A stretch of DNA of 64,000 nt from a candidate division WWE3 bacterium RAAC2_WWE3_1 (GTDB lineage: Bacteria > Patescibacteriota > WWE3 > UBA101185 > UBA10185): positions 785,680-849,679 of the forward strand of contig CP006914.1 in NCBI GenBank assembly GCA_000503835.1. Reading direction: 5' to 3'. Made by a program: the position numbers and the translations under genes. The notes beneath the pieces are model-generated. The model had not been told where the DNA came from and did no database searches. It worked only from the letters and a program-made list of their open reading frames with translations. Positions 18,672 to 28,078 of this stretch are shown here, one piece after another; position 1 is the stretch's first letter; every line of letters starts with the position of its first letter.

Positions 18672-19551
18672 AAGTTGGTCAATTTTCATGTCGAATATAA
18701 AGAAGGAGAAGTTGCTGAGCGTTTCAAATATCCTGATAATGACCGTTACTTTCGTTCTGCTCGGGCTTCTTATAAATATTGTAGTATTCTCACAGACTGC
18801 GTTAAGGTATCTGGAGGATCAAGCCCAGGTTACGGTTTTTTTCAAAGATGATTTCGGTGAAGACAAAATTGCCGTTTTAAAAGACAATCTGGCAAAAGAT
18901 AAAAGAGTATCCGAAATGGTGTATGTTTCAAAAGAAGACGCGCTGCGAATTTTCAGGGAAATAAATAAGGATGAACCTGTGTTGCTCGAGTCGGTCTCGG
19001 CTAGCATACTTCCTGCGAGTTTGGAAGTCCGCGCTGGAAATATTTCCAACCTAAAACCTTTAGCCGAAGAACTGAAGCTTTTGGATGGTGTGGAAGAAGT
19101 TAGATATTTTGAAGACGTGGTGTCCCGTTTCAAATTTTGGAGCACGGTAGTTTATATCGTTGGCACACTTTTGGTTCTGATATTTTTCGTGATCTCCTAT
19201 TCCGTAGTCATTGCTGCTCTGAGAACAACCATAAATTCTAAAGGCGTAGAGTTTGAAATCATGAAAGTAGTGGGAGCGTCTGATGACTACGTTAAATCAC
19301 CTCTTATACATCAGGGCGTGTTTTTCGGATTGTTCTCATCTTTTATAGCCTCCGTGATAATGATTTTGCTTGGGGTTGGAATTACGCTTGCCAATGTATT
19401 TCCCAAGGGATTGGGCCTTGGTTTTTTACCGGGTGTTTTTATGGCGCCGTGGGTTTTCTCAATAATTCTCACCTTCATCTTGCTTCTTTCAGGTTTCCTC
19501 CTGGGTTACCTCGGAAGCTCGGCGGCTATCAAAAAATATCTGAATTATTAA
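18664..19551 (+). CDS. ftsX: Cell division permease FtsX.
   Basis: Four TM topology with a large first periplasmic loop; immediately after ftsE. Confidence 0.8.
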   Translation: MAKSWSIFMSNIKKEKLLSVSNILIMTVTFVLLGLLINIVVFSQTALRYLEDQAQVTVFFKDDFGEDKIAVLKDNLAKDKRVSEMVYVSKEDALRIFREINKDEPVLLESVSASILPASLEVRAGNISNLKPLAEELKLLDGVEEVRYFEDVVSRFKFWSTVVYIVGTLLVLIFFVISYSVVIAALRTTINSKGVEFEIMKVVGASDDYVKSPLIHQGVFFGLFSSFIASVIMILLGVGITLANVFPKGLGLGFLPGVFMAPWVFSIILTFILLLSGFLLGYLGSSAAIKKYLNY

Positions 19552-19555
19552 AGTT

Positions 19556-20800
19556 ATGCTAAGTAAAAAAACGTTGTTATGGGTTTTACCCTTAATATTT
19601 TTTCTGATTCCTTTGATGACTGTTTTGGGTCAGACGACAGCAAATCCAGATGATGTTGAAGAATTGGAAGAAAAAATTGAAAAATATGAGGTGAAGATAA
19701 ACGAACTTCAAGGCAGAGCAAACACTTTAGCGAATGAAATAGAATACATGAACAGCCAGATCGGTCTTACAGAGCTTAAAATCCAAAACTCCGTTGCAAA
19801 GATAGCCAAGACTGAAAAAGAGATCCAAAAACTAGCAGGGGACATCGAAGATTTGAAAGCACGTATAGTAAAGCTGGAAAAGTCCATCGATTACCAAAAA
19901 GATGTATTGTCGGCAAGGATACGGGAACGGTATAAATCGCGGGATGAAAACGCCATGGTTGTGCTCTTTGGTTCGATAACGCTCGAAACCATGGTTCAAA
20001 AAGTAGAATATCTCAAAGCAATGGAAAGGTACGACAACAAACTTCTGGTAGAAATGGGAGACACAAAGACCAGGTACGACATGCAGAAAAATCTGTTCGA
20101 GCAGAAAAAAGAGGAGGAGGAAAAGCTAAAGTCCCAGCTGTTGAATGAAAAAGCTGCGCTGGATGTTTATAAAGGACAGTTGGACGCTCAGAAAGAGGAA
20201 AAAAAACAATTATTGGAGTCTACCCAGAACGACGAAAGTAAATACCAGCAACTCCTAAGGGAAGCTCAACGTGAGTTGGAGCAGATACTTGGGGCTGTCG
20301 GAGTGTTAATTAATACTGAATCAAGAGAAGTAGAAAAGGGAGAATTGATAGGAATACAAGGCAACACCGGACGTTCGTCGGGAGAACACCTACATTTTGG
20401 AGTTTATAGGTATTCGTCGTTGTCAGAGATAAACGGATGGAATTGGTATTACAGCAATACTGTCGACCCTCTCAAGAAATTGGAATCAAAAACTGTCACC
20501 TGGTATGACTGCGGTGTGTCAACTAAAACAGTGGGAAAAGGTGATTGGGATTGGCCAATAGCTGGTTCTGTAAAAGTTACAAATAGTTACGGCGACAATT
20601 GCTATAAATATACAGATAATGGGGGGAAAATGCATCCTGCCCTAGACTTAGTTGGGGCGCCAAGTTCTCCAATATACGCGGTTGATGACGGTGATGCCTA
20701 TTTCTGTAAAAATTGTCTCGGTGATGGTGCTAACGGAGTTTTCATTTTCCATGACGATGATTATATGACCGTGTACTGGCACTTACAGAACTACAAGTAA
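19556..20800 (+). CDS. EnvC/PcsB-like coiled-coil protein with an M23 (LytM) domain whose segments are in permuted order.
   Basis: Signal/TM, then a long coiled coil, then GNTGRSSGEHLHFGVY (the C-terminal M23 motif). About 75 aa later comes WPIAG...MHPALDLVGAPSSPIYAVDDGDAYF...VFIFHDDDYMTVYWHL (the N-terminal M23 motifs), after which the protein ends. Confidence 0.6.
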   Translation: MLSKKTLLWVLPLIFFLIPLMTVLGQTTANPDDVEELEEKIEKYEVKINELQGRANTLANEIEYMNSQIGLTELKIQNSVAKIAKTEKEIQKLAGDIEDLKARIVKLEKSIDYQKDVLSARIRERYKSRDENAMVVLFGSITLETMVQKVEYLKAMERYDNKLLVEMGDTKTRYDMQKNLFEQKKEEEEKLKSQLLNEKAALDVYKGQLDAQKEEKKQLLESTQNDESKYQQLLREAQRELEQILGAVGVLINTESREVEKGELIGIQGNTGRSSGEHLHFGVYRYSSLSEINGWNWYYSNTVDPLKKLESKTVTWYDCGVSTKTVGKGDWDWPIAGSVKVTNSYGDNCYKYTDNGGKMHPALDLVGAPSSPIYAVDDGDAYFCKNCLGDGANGVFIFHDDDYMTVYWHLQNYK

Positions 20801-20865
20801 AGTGAGTTTATCAGACTAGTATCTATTCTGTTTAGAAAACGTTATCACATTTTTTATTCCTCCTC

Positions 20866-21432
20866 GTGCATATTATCCGTGTGAAGATTTTGATGCTTAT
20901 CTTTGTGTTATTTGTATTAATTAATGGAACTGGAGCCACTTCGGTGTACTCCGGACGTTGTGTGTATCCGGGCGGCATTTTTAAACTCAATCTTTCCGGT
21001 GACGATAACTACCGCGCGGCCGTTAGTAACGAACACTCAATACTTGAGTTTTATGATGTTGTAGAAGAAAGCGCTGAAAAGCTTGAGCCCGGTTTTGCCG
21101 GAAGGTTTCAGTTATCGAAACTCAACTATGTGAAAGTGAATTCTGTAAGTGGCCCCTATTTTAAGCTGGGGTTCGATATTTATGATGGGACAGGAAATTT
21201 AGTTTCTACTATAGACTCCGGGGGAATTTGTAATCTTGCTTGGTTCCGGGAAAAACACGGGGGTTTCGGACGCCATTTACGTGAAAAACCCCCGCCCGAA
21301 ATTTACGGAACCGTAGTATCTGCCAAATCCGGGGAAAAGGGAAAAAATATGAAGGCAGCAGTATTTTGCCTGGTTTGTTTCACACTGGGCGGGTTTATGG
21401 GTTTCAGGACGCCAAAAATGATAGAATACTGA
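20866..21432 (+). CDS. Hypothetical secreted/membrane protein.
   Basis: N-terminal signal-like segment and a C-terminal TM. Confidence 0.3.
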   Translation: MHIIRVKILMLIFVLFVLINGTGATSVYSGRCVYPGGIFKLNLSGDDNYRAAVSNEHSILEFYDVVEESAEKLEPGFAGRFQLSKLNYVKVNSVSGPYFKLGFDIYDGTGNLVSTIDSGGICNLAWFREKHGGFGRHLREKPPPEIYGTVVSAKSGEKGKNMKAAVFCLVCFTLGGFMGFRTPKMIEY

Positions 21433-21433
21433 G

Positions 21434-21817
21434 GTGTCAAAAACCCTGAAAAGCTACAAAAGATGGCTTCCGGCTATTATAGTAATGGCCGTAATAACCC
21501 TTTTGTCGTCCATCAAAGGGCCATATATCGACGCTGTAGGTTTGGGTAAAGAAAGTTACCACATAAACGGACACTTTTTCTTTTTTGTCGCCCTTTGTAT
21601 TTCTTACTACTACGCTACAAAAAAAGTGGCGTTATCGGTTGTACTTACTATGATATTCGGAATATTCGACGAGCTGCACCAGCTTTTTACCCCATTTAGG
21701 AACGCAAGCTTTTTTGATATTCAGGTAGATAGTTTGGGAGCGTTGATCGGAGGCGCATTCTCATGGAAATTGTGGCCGCTAATACGAAACAAACTCGAAA
21801 ATTTGCAGAAGAAATAG
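21434..21817 (+). CDS. VanZ-like family membrane protein.
   Basis: FGIFDELHQLFTPFRNASFFDIQVDSLGALIGG is the VanZ motif. Confidence 0.6.
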   Translation: MSKTLKSYKRWLPAIIVMAVITLLSSIKGPYIDAVGLGKESYHINGHFFFFVALCISYYYATKKVALSVVLTMIFGIFDELHQLFTPFRNASFFDIQVDSLGALIGGAFSWKLWPLIRNKLENLQKK

Positions 21818-22200
21818 CTGCAAAATTAAAGCCCGGAAATATTGTGGCGTTGTATGGAGATCTCGGCGCGGGTAAAACAACTTTCGTCTCGATGGTCACT
21901 AAAGCGTTGGGATTTAGCGACAGAGTTCAAAGCCCGACCTTTGTTGTTTCAAGAATATATAGCGGGGGCAATTCAACTTCTGAAATAAAATATATTCATC
22001 ATCTTGATCTTTACAGAATGCAGGATTCCACCGACATTAAAGATTTGGGAATAGACGACTATCTGAGCCAACCCGATTCCGTAGTCTTTATTGAGTGGCC
22101 GGAAGTAGCCGAGAAGTATTTACCGGAAAAAACAATCAGAATCTTCTTTGAAATCCTATCTGAAAACGAAAGGAAAATACATGTTCAAAATTTACATTGA
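21763..22200 (+). CDS. tsaE: tRNA t6A biosynthesis ATPase TsaE.
   Basis: LYGDLGAGKTTFV P-loop; SPTF and HLDLYR motifs. Confidence 0.75.
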   Translation: MEIVAANTKQTRKFAEEIAAKLKPGNIVALYGDLGAGKTTFVSMVTKALGFSDRVQSPTFVVSRIYSGGNSTSEIKYIHHLDLYRMQDSTDIKDLGIDDYLSQPDSVVFIEWPEVAEKYLPEKTIRIFFEILSENERKIHVQNLH

Positions 22201-22561
22201 TACGAGATTAAGAAAACAAACTACGGTGTCCCTTTTTGAAAAAACCTTTTTATTCTGGTTTAAAAAAGACAGTCTGGTCGTTGAGGCCGATCCCGCCGAC
22301 GCACTCTCGGAAATTTTGAGAAAAAACAACCTCGGGTTAGACCAGATTTCCTCATTTAAGGCTTACCCGGGTCCCGGTTCTTATACCGGTTTGAAAATGG
22401 GTCACGCTGCCGTAAATGCTTTAAACTGGGTTCTCAAAGGTACCCCGGCAGTTAAATTGCCCCTGCCTAAATATGGCTCGGAGCCTAACATTACGCCCCC
22501 GAAAGGCTCAAATGAGTTGCCTCCGGCATCCTCTTTTGCTCGTCCCCAGGTTACAAAATAG
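22181..22561 (+). CDS. tsaB: TsaB (YeaZ)-like protein, short N-domain-only form.
   Basis: MFKIYIDTRLRKQTTVSLF and the GPGSYTGLKMG motif. The ORF track starts at 22148; the internal Met at 22181 is the likelier start. Confidence 0.5.
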   Translation: MFKIYIDTRLRKQTTVSLFEKTFLFWFKKDSLVVEADPADALSEILRKNNLGLDQISSFKAYPGPGSYTGLKMGHAAVNALNWVLKGTPAVKLPLPKYGSEPNITPPKGSNELPPASSFARPQVTK

Positions 22562-22568
22562 AGTATAA

Positions 22569-23534
22569 TTGTCCAATATGAAAATTGTCGTAACAGGAGC
22601 TGCAGGCTTTATAGGGTCGCATCTTTCCGAGAGATTAAAAAGTTTGGGTCACGACGTTATCGGGATAGACAGTTTTAATACTTATTACAACCCCGAGCTT
22701 AAAAAATTGAACGCCAAGGATCTTGAGGAAAAAGGAATTTCTATTGAAAAAAGAGATTTGGTGACCGACGATGTTAGCGATGTTATACAGGGAGCCGATG
22801 CCATTTTTCATCTTGCTGCGCAGCCGGGAATATCATCCACAACCCCATTCGAACATTATTTAAACAACAACTTCATTGCTACTAATAACCTGGTAGAGGC
22901 TGCAAGGTCCGCAGGGACAAAGAAATTTATAAACATAGCTACTTCCTCGATATACGGCGCGCACGCGACTGAGGACGAAACTACAGCCCCAAAACCTACA
23001 TCTAATTACGGTGTCACCAAACTTGCTGCAGAACAGCTCGTTCTCTCCTACTTTAGAGATAAGGGGTTTCCTGCTGCATCAGCAAGACTTTTCTCCGTTT
23101 ACGGCGAAAGAGAAAGACCTGAAAAGCTATATCCTAAATTGATAGACGCGATTCTTAACGACAAGCCATTCCCTCTTTTTGAAGGGAGCCAGGAGCATCT
23201 CCGCAGCTACACTTATGTCGGTGATATTATCGACGGGCTCGTACTCATTCTTGATAATTTCGAGAAAAGTGCGGGAGAGATATTTAACCTGGGCACCGAT
23301 CAGGCTATTACAACCGGAGAGGGTATAAAGATTGTAGAAGATGTTCTTGGAAAGAAAGCCGTTTTGGATATTAAGCCAAAAAGACCGGGGGATCAAAAGG
23401 AAACCCACGCCTGTATTGATAAAGCGAGGCGTATATTAGGTTATAATCCGGTTACGACCCCTCAGGTCGGGCTCAAAAAAGAGGTGGATTGGTTTAAGGA
23501 GAAAATATGGAAAAAAATCGACTTATATCTCTAG
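22569..23534 (+). CDS. NAD-dependent epimerase/dehydratase (GalE/WcaG-like).
   Basis: VTGAAGFIGSHL Rossmann motif; YGVTK (YxxxK) present. Confidence 0.8.
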   Translation: MSNMKIVVTGAAGFIGSHLSERLKSLGHDVIGIDSFNTYYNPELKKLNAKDLEEKGISIEKRDLVTDDVSDVIQGADAIFHLAAQPGISSTTPFEHYLNNNFIATNNLVEAARSAGTKKFINIATSSIYGAHATEDETTAPKPTSNYGVTKLAAEQLVLSYFRDKGFPAASARLFSVYGERERPEKLYPKLIDAILNDKPFPLFEGSQEHLRSYTYVGDIIDGLVLILDNFEKSAGEIFNLGTDQAITTGEGIKIVEDVLGKKAVLDIKPKRPGDQKETHACIDKARRILGYNPVTTPQVGLKKEVDWFKEKIWKKIDLYL

Positions 23535-24490
23535 TTATTCCCTGCTACAACGAAGAAAAAAATATAAATAGGACAATTGAAGGTTTGCTGGAACTTGAAA
23601 AGCAGTCGGGCGAAACCTTCGAAATAATTGCCGTCAACGACGGAAGTAAAGACGGAACATGGGGTGTAATCAAAGATTATTCCGAAAAATACCACAATGT
23701 TATCGGTGTTAATTTAATGGCAAATTTCGGACAAAGCGCCGCTTATATGGCCGGATTTGATATTTCAACAGGAGACTACGTGATAACGGTGTCAGCGGAT
23801 ATGGAAATTTCATTGGAAAATATTTCTAAAGTTATCCGGTATCTGGACGAAGGTTACGATTTCGTAAATACGCATCGCGTGGGAAGATGGGGCGACGAGA
23901 AAGCCGGGCGTCAGGCTAAGAGCGGTTTGGCTAATAAAATAATCGCAAAAATATCCGGAGTGACTATGCAGGACAGGGGCTCGGGTATGAAAGGATTCAG
24001 ACGTGTTTTGGTAGAAAACCTACGTTTATACGGAGAAATGCACCGTTTTATCCCCGACTACGTAAAAGTATACGGAGCCAAAATGACCGAATTTGAAGTC
24101 GGGTTCAAAGACCGTGAGTACGGCGAGTCTTACTATAAAGGGCACAAAAGGACTATTAAAGTTTTGCTAGACTTGGTCACTTTATTCTTTATGCTCTATT
24201 TCTCTACAAAACCCTTTAAGGCTATGCCCGGCAGACTGTTCGGTTTTGCGGGGGCACTGATAGCCGGTCTCGGGGGTCTGGGAGCATTTTATCTTTTAAT
24301 ACTGAAATTAATGGGGGAGAGCATCGGAAATAGACCTTTGCTTACCCTGTCGGTCTTATTGATAATAGTAGGTGTTCAGTCGATGATGACAGGTATGATG
24401 GGGGAGCTGAGCATGAGAACCTACTTCGAATCTTCGGGAAGAAAGACCTATATTGTTCGTCAAGTCGCCAAAAAAGGCGGGCAAAACTAG
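23507..24490 (+). CDS. GT2 polyprenyl-phosphate glycosyltransferase (GtrB/ArnC/DPM1-like).
   Basis: LVIPCYNEEKNI...IIAVNDGSKDGT; two C-terminal TM helices. Confidence 0.75.
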   Translation: MEKNRLISLVIPCYNEEKNINRTIEGLLELEKQSGETFEIIAVNDGSKDGTWGVIKDYSEKYHNVIGVNLMANFGQSAAYMAGFDISTGDYVITVSADMEISLENISKVIRYLDEGYDFVNTHRVGRWGDEKAGRQAKSGLANKIIAKISGVTMQDRGSGMKGFRRVLVENLRLYGEMHRFIPDYVKVYGAKMTEFEVGFKDREYGESYYKGHKRTIKVLLDLVTLFFMLYFSTKPFKAMPGRLFGFAGALIAGLGGLGAFYLLILKLMGESIGNRPLLTLSVLLIIVGVQSMMTGMMGELSMRTYFESSGRKTYIVRQVAKKGGQN

Positions 24491-24577
24491 GTCATTCCCG
24501 GTTGTGTTTTAAAGGTTGCAAGCCTTGTGTTCCTTATGTAGCATTGACAGATACAAATTTGTTTTTAGGAGGTATTT

Positions 24578-25321
24578 ATGGAAAAGTCTAAAAGTTCAAA
24601 CATCGTTCAATTAGTACTCATTGCGGCGTTAGTCGGGGCGGCTTTTTATATCGGCGGGCTGTCATCAAAAGTGGGAAAGTTGGAAGAAGCTAGTAAGAAT
24701 AATGCCGGGACGCCTTCTAAAGCTACCGGTGAGGATGCGGCTGCCTTTAATGCTGTGGAACTGGCTTCCACCCTTGGTTTGGACTCGGGAGCTTTCAAGA
24801 CCTGCGTCGACAACCGTGAAACGAAAGCAAGGGTCGAGGAGGAAGAAAAAGGCGGACAGAAAGCCGGTGTATCCGGAACTCCCGGTATATTCATGTTCGA
24901 TACCCAGACAGGAAATTCCGCAGTCATTCCCGGAGCAGTAGATTCCACCACGATGCAGCTTTTTCTTGATAACCTGATTGCGGGGAAAAGCACAACATTA
25001 GGTACTCAGGAGTTCAAACTTGAAAAAGTCGCGAACTTAGTAGCTTTGAATGATGCAGACTACGTTAGAGGAGATAAATCGGCACGTGTGTTGTTGTTCG
25101 AGTATTCCGACTACGACTGTCCTTTCTGCAAAAGGGTTCACCCTACATTAAAAACTCTTCTGGAAAATAACGCAGACAAGGTCGCCTGGATCTACAGGCA
25201 GTTCCCGCTGGATCAGTTGCATCCTACAGCCAGAGCCAAATCCGAGGCCGCGCTTTGCGCAGGAAAGCTCGGTGGAAATGATGTCTTTTGGGCATTTTCC
25301 GACGCACTGGCCACTAAATAA
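24578..25321 (+). CDS. Membrane-anchored DsbA-like thiol:disulfide oxidoreductase whose domain segments are in permuted order.
   Basis: TM, then LGLDSGAFKTCVDN...GVSGTPGIFMF (the C-terminal half of DsbA), then VLLFEYSDYDCPFCKRVHP...AALCAGKLGGNDVFWAFSDAL (the CxxC N-terminal half), after which the protein ends. Confidence 0.6.
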   Translation: MEKSKSSNIVQLVLIAALVGAAFYIGGLSSKVGKLEEASKNNAGTPSKATGEDAAAFNAVELASTLGLDSGAFKTCVDNRETKARVEEEEKGGQKAGVSGTPGIFMFDTQTGNSAVIPGAVDSTTMQLFLDNLIAGKSTTLGTQEFKLEKVANLVALNDADYVRGDKSARVLLFEYSDYDCPFCKRVHPTLKTLLENNADKVAWIYRQFPLDQLHPTARAKSEAALCAGKLGGNDVFWAFSDALATK

Positions 25322-25349
25322 GTGGGGGTAAGAGTCCCCGCTCGTTAAT

Positions 25350-25787
25350 ATGAACAGATCAAGATTATTATTTACTGCAAAATTATTGGCCTCAATAGGA
25401 ATAGGATTGGCCTTGTACTTGTTCGTAAACTACCTGACACAGCCCGCATACAGGCTGTGTACGATAAGTGCCAAAGTCAACTGCGATGCCGTTATTAGCG
25501 GAGAAGTATCCCAAACTTTGGGCATTCCTACGGCTTTATATGGCCTTGTCGGTTACACGGTGATTTTGGTAGCTGCTTTTCTTGGTAAAAAGAAACTTAT
25601 GTTGGGAACTGCTATCTTCGGCGCCCTTTTTTGTATTCGCTTAATTTATATTGAAATCTTCCGAATAGGTGTGATTTGTCCGGTATGTATTTTGTGCTTC
25701 ATAGACATGGTATCTTTACTTACCGTGTCGTATCTTCTGGTCAAGAAGAAAGGTTCCGTTACCCCACCCGTGGAAAACGTGCAGTAA
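25350..25787 (+). CDS. Vitamin K epoxide reductase (VKOR) family protein.
   Basis: Loop Cys pair CTISAKVNCDA and a CPVC redox motif in the last TM; 4-TM topology. Confidence 0.65.
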   Translation: MNRSRLLFTAKLLASIGIGLALYLFVNYLTQPAYRLCTISAKVNCDAVISGEVSQTLGIPTALYGLVGYTVILVAAFLGKKKLMLGTAIFGALFCIRLIYIEIFRIGVICPVCILCFIDMVSLLTVSYLLVKKKGSVTPPVENVQ

Positions 25788-25799
25788 TACCCACCCAGT

Positions 25800-27413
25800 T
25801 TGTATAATAGAGTCATGTTCGGAAACTATCCTGTAAATGATGATTGGGTTTTCTTTTGGCAGGTAAAAGCATTTGCGTCAGGAATCTTTAAAATAAACGC
25901 CGAACTCGATCCGTCATTTGTCGCGCAGGGTTTTTTGGGATTGCTTTGGTCAAAAATATTCGGTTTGGATTATATTTCACTTCAGGTTTTGACTTTTCTA
26001 ATTTCATTAGGAACCGCCTTTTTCGTTTATAGAATTTTATTATTATTGGGTTCACGAAAAATCTATGCGATTGCCGGGGCGCTTACCCTGCTTTTTAATC
26101 CTCTGTTTTTTGTTTCTTCTTTCACTTTTATGACAGACAACTACCTTCTGTTTTTTCTGTCCGCTTCAACCTACTTTTTTGTCCGTTACTTCACAGTGCC
26201 TTCATACAGGAATTTAATAACGGGTTCTTTTTTCGGTATGCTGGCGTCTGCGACCCGCCAGAACGGTATTCTTATTTTTATACCCGCACTTCTGTTGTGC
26301 GCCCTTCCGTTCAATAAAGAAAAATTCAAGAAATTAATAGTGCCTGTGTTTTTCTTTTTCCTTTCCATAGCAATAGCATTATTTTGGCCAAGGTTCGGGG
26401 AGAACAAAAGATTTTTAGAAGTTGCTGATATTGCCGGGCGTCTGCAAAGCCTACTTTATGCTCCCCAATATCTGCTAATATTTTTATCTCCGGTTTTGTT
26501 AGGAATAAGAGGGCAGTTGAAAGGTCTGTGGAGAAAAGTTACCGCCATGCTAATGGCTATTCTCGTTGCCTACTTGCTTTTCACAACAGACCTTTTTCCG
26601 ATGGGCAATGTGGTCTACATCGAAGAACTTTACGCAAAGTCCGACTTCAGATCTAATTTTAGTCTCTTTGATAACATCTTTTTTAAAACGTTTCTCTCCG
26701 TTGTATGGGGTTTTGGTCTTTCCAAGATATTGTTCTATGTGATACCGAAAATTAAAAATATTGCGAAACGCGTCGGTTTGCATAAACAGGAAATATTTCT
26801 GCTACTCTCAGCCGCTTTAAATTATGCGGTCTTATTATTTTCCTCGGACATGTACGATCGCTATCTTCTCCCGGTCTTCTTATTTTTACTGTTATTTTTA
26901 TTCGGGCGGTTGGGCGCGGGTTATTCTCTGGATAAAGTCTCTGTATATTTATCAATCGCTCTTTTCGCGTTTATATCAATTGCTCTTCAGTGGGATTTTT
27001 CGGCGAAGAATAGTTTAATGTGGGAACAGTTAGGGGAACTTAGACAAAAGACGGGGTTGAGTACACAAATAGATCTTAACGACACTTACATAAATCATAT
27101 TACCGTGAGAGAGTCCGGGGATTTTACAGGTTTGGAGCCAAGGCGCGGAAGTTTTGACTCCCTCTGTTTTATTCAGGATTATACGTTGGACAGCACCTAC
27201 CCGTTTTCAAAAAAGGTGGAGAGTCTGGGGCGCGTTCTTTCTTCAAAAACGCTGGAAAACCCCAAACCTGCCGGGGTAAGAAAAAAGACACGCCCACGGG
27301 TCAAAAACAATCTGGACAGTTTGATTATTAACGAAGAATACCCATCCATACTTTATGGTTCGGTTGGGAAAAAGGCGTTTGTCGGAAGTTTTTGCGTGGC
27401 GAAAGACGACTAA
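25800..27413 (+). CDS. GT-C fold membrane glycosyltransferase (ArnT/PMT-like, GT39/GT83-like).
   Basis: About 11 TM segments; an acidic NDDW motif near the N-terminus; a C-terminal soluble domain. Confidence 0.5.
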   Translation: MYNRVMFGNYPVNDDWVFFWQVKAFASGIFKINAELDPSFVAQGFLGLLWSKIFGLDYISLQVLTFLISLGTAFFVYRILLLLGSRKIYAIAGALTLLFNPLFFVSSFTFMTDNYLLFFLSASTYFFVRYFTVPSYRNLITGSFFGMLASATRQNGILIFIPALLLCALPFNKEKFKKLIVPVFFFFLSIAIALFWPRFGENKRFLEVADIAGRLQSLLYAPQYLLIFLSPVLLGIRGQLKGLWRKVTAMLMAILVAYLLFTTDLFPMGNVVYIEELYAKSDFRSNFSLFDNIFFKTFLSVVWGFGLSKILFYVIPKIKNIAKRVGLHKQEIFLLLSAALNYAVLLFSSDMYDRYLLPVFLFLLLFLFGRLGAGYSLDKVSVYLSIALFAFISIALQWDFSAKNSLMWEQLGELRQKTGLSTQIDLNDTYINHITVRESGDFTGLEPRRGSFDSLCFIQDYTLDSTYPFSKKVESLGRVLSSKTLENPKPAGVRKKTRPRVKNNLDSLIINEEYPSILYGSVGKKAFVGSFCVAKDD

Positions 27414-27425
27414 AATGTCCGGTGT

Positions 27426-28019
27426 CTATCGGAACTCCAGAGTGTAATTATTGCAGTTGTTGCTGGAAGAGTCTTCGAGGGCCAAAAACCTTTCAGGACC
27501 GAGATCTCCGTGGGTTTCGGGGACGTAGTAAAAGCATTTTACCTGGTCGTACGTATCATTTTCCGGAGTTACTTTTATGAGCTTTGCAGTACCTTCGCCG
27601 CTTCCTGCACCAAACTGATCAACCAGCAATAAATATAAACCGTCCCCAACCCATAATTTATACGGATTGTTTTTCGCCTGATCAGGCTCGCTTATAATCT
27701 TTATGTATTCCTGCCATTCGGTAGCGCCGGCAGTTCTTCGTACAACCCCGGCATAACCGGTCGAGTTTCTTATGGGGGCATTCATGCTTGAGCGCCAGAC
27801 CTCGGCATAGTTGTACCCACTATAAGTATATGTGTCTCTTAATTGTTCAGAGGAATAGAGGTTGTTTATTGCCGGATAATTAACACTTTCATTTTTACCC
27901 TGTTCTATTCCTAGCAAAAAACCAAAATAGAACCAAAAGAATGGGAGTGTAACGAATAATAGTAAGGCGAGAATTTTCGAAAACTTTGTTACAGTTGTTA
28001 ATGACGTGGGGAGTTTCAC
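27426..28019 (-). CDS. Hypothetical membrane-anchored secreted protein.
   Basis: N-terminal TM only. Confidence 0.3.
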   Translation of the reverse strand: MKLPTSLTTVTKFSKILALLLFVTLPFFWFYFGFLLGIEQGKNESVNYPAINNLYSSEQLRDTYTYSGYNYAEVWRSSMNAPIRNSTGYAGVVRRTAGATEWQEYIKIISEPDQAKNNPYKLWVGDGLYLLLVDQFGAGSGEGTAKLIKVTPENDTYDQVKCFYYVPETHGDLGPERFLALEDSSSNNCNNYTLEFR

Positions 28020-28044
28020 CGATTAATTATACATCTGTTTGAAT

Positions 28045-28072
28045 TTGCATCTGCGGGTAAAGTGGGTAGAAT
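28045..28072 (+). promoter_or_regulatory. Candidate promoter for the LRR gene (near-leaderless).
   Basis: TTGCAT, 16 nt, TAGAAT; the ATG at 28079 lies 7 nt after the -10. Confidence 0.3.
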
Positions 28073-28078
28073 GCGTTT

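Noticed and set aside
21763-21817. A 55-nt overlap between the VanZ-like gene and tsaE.
   Set aside because: This was considered as a possible misassembly or fusion signal. It is more likely just an over-called start, and it was kept as annotated at lower confidence.
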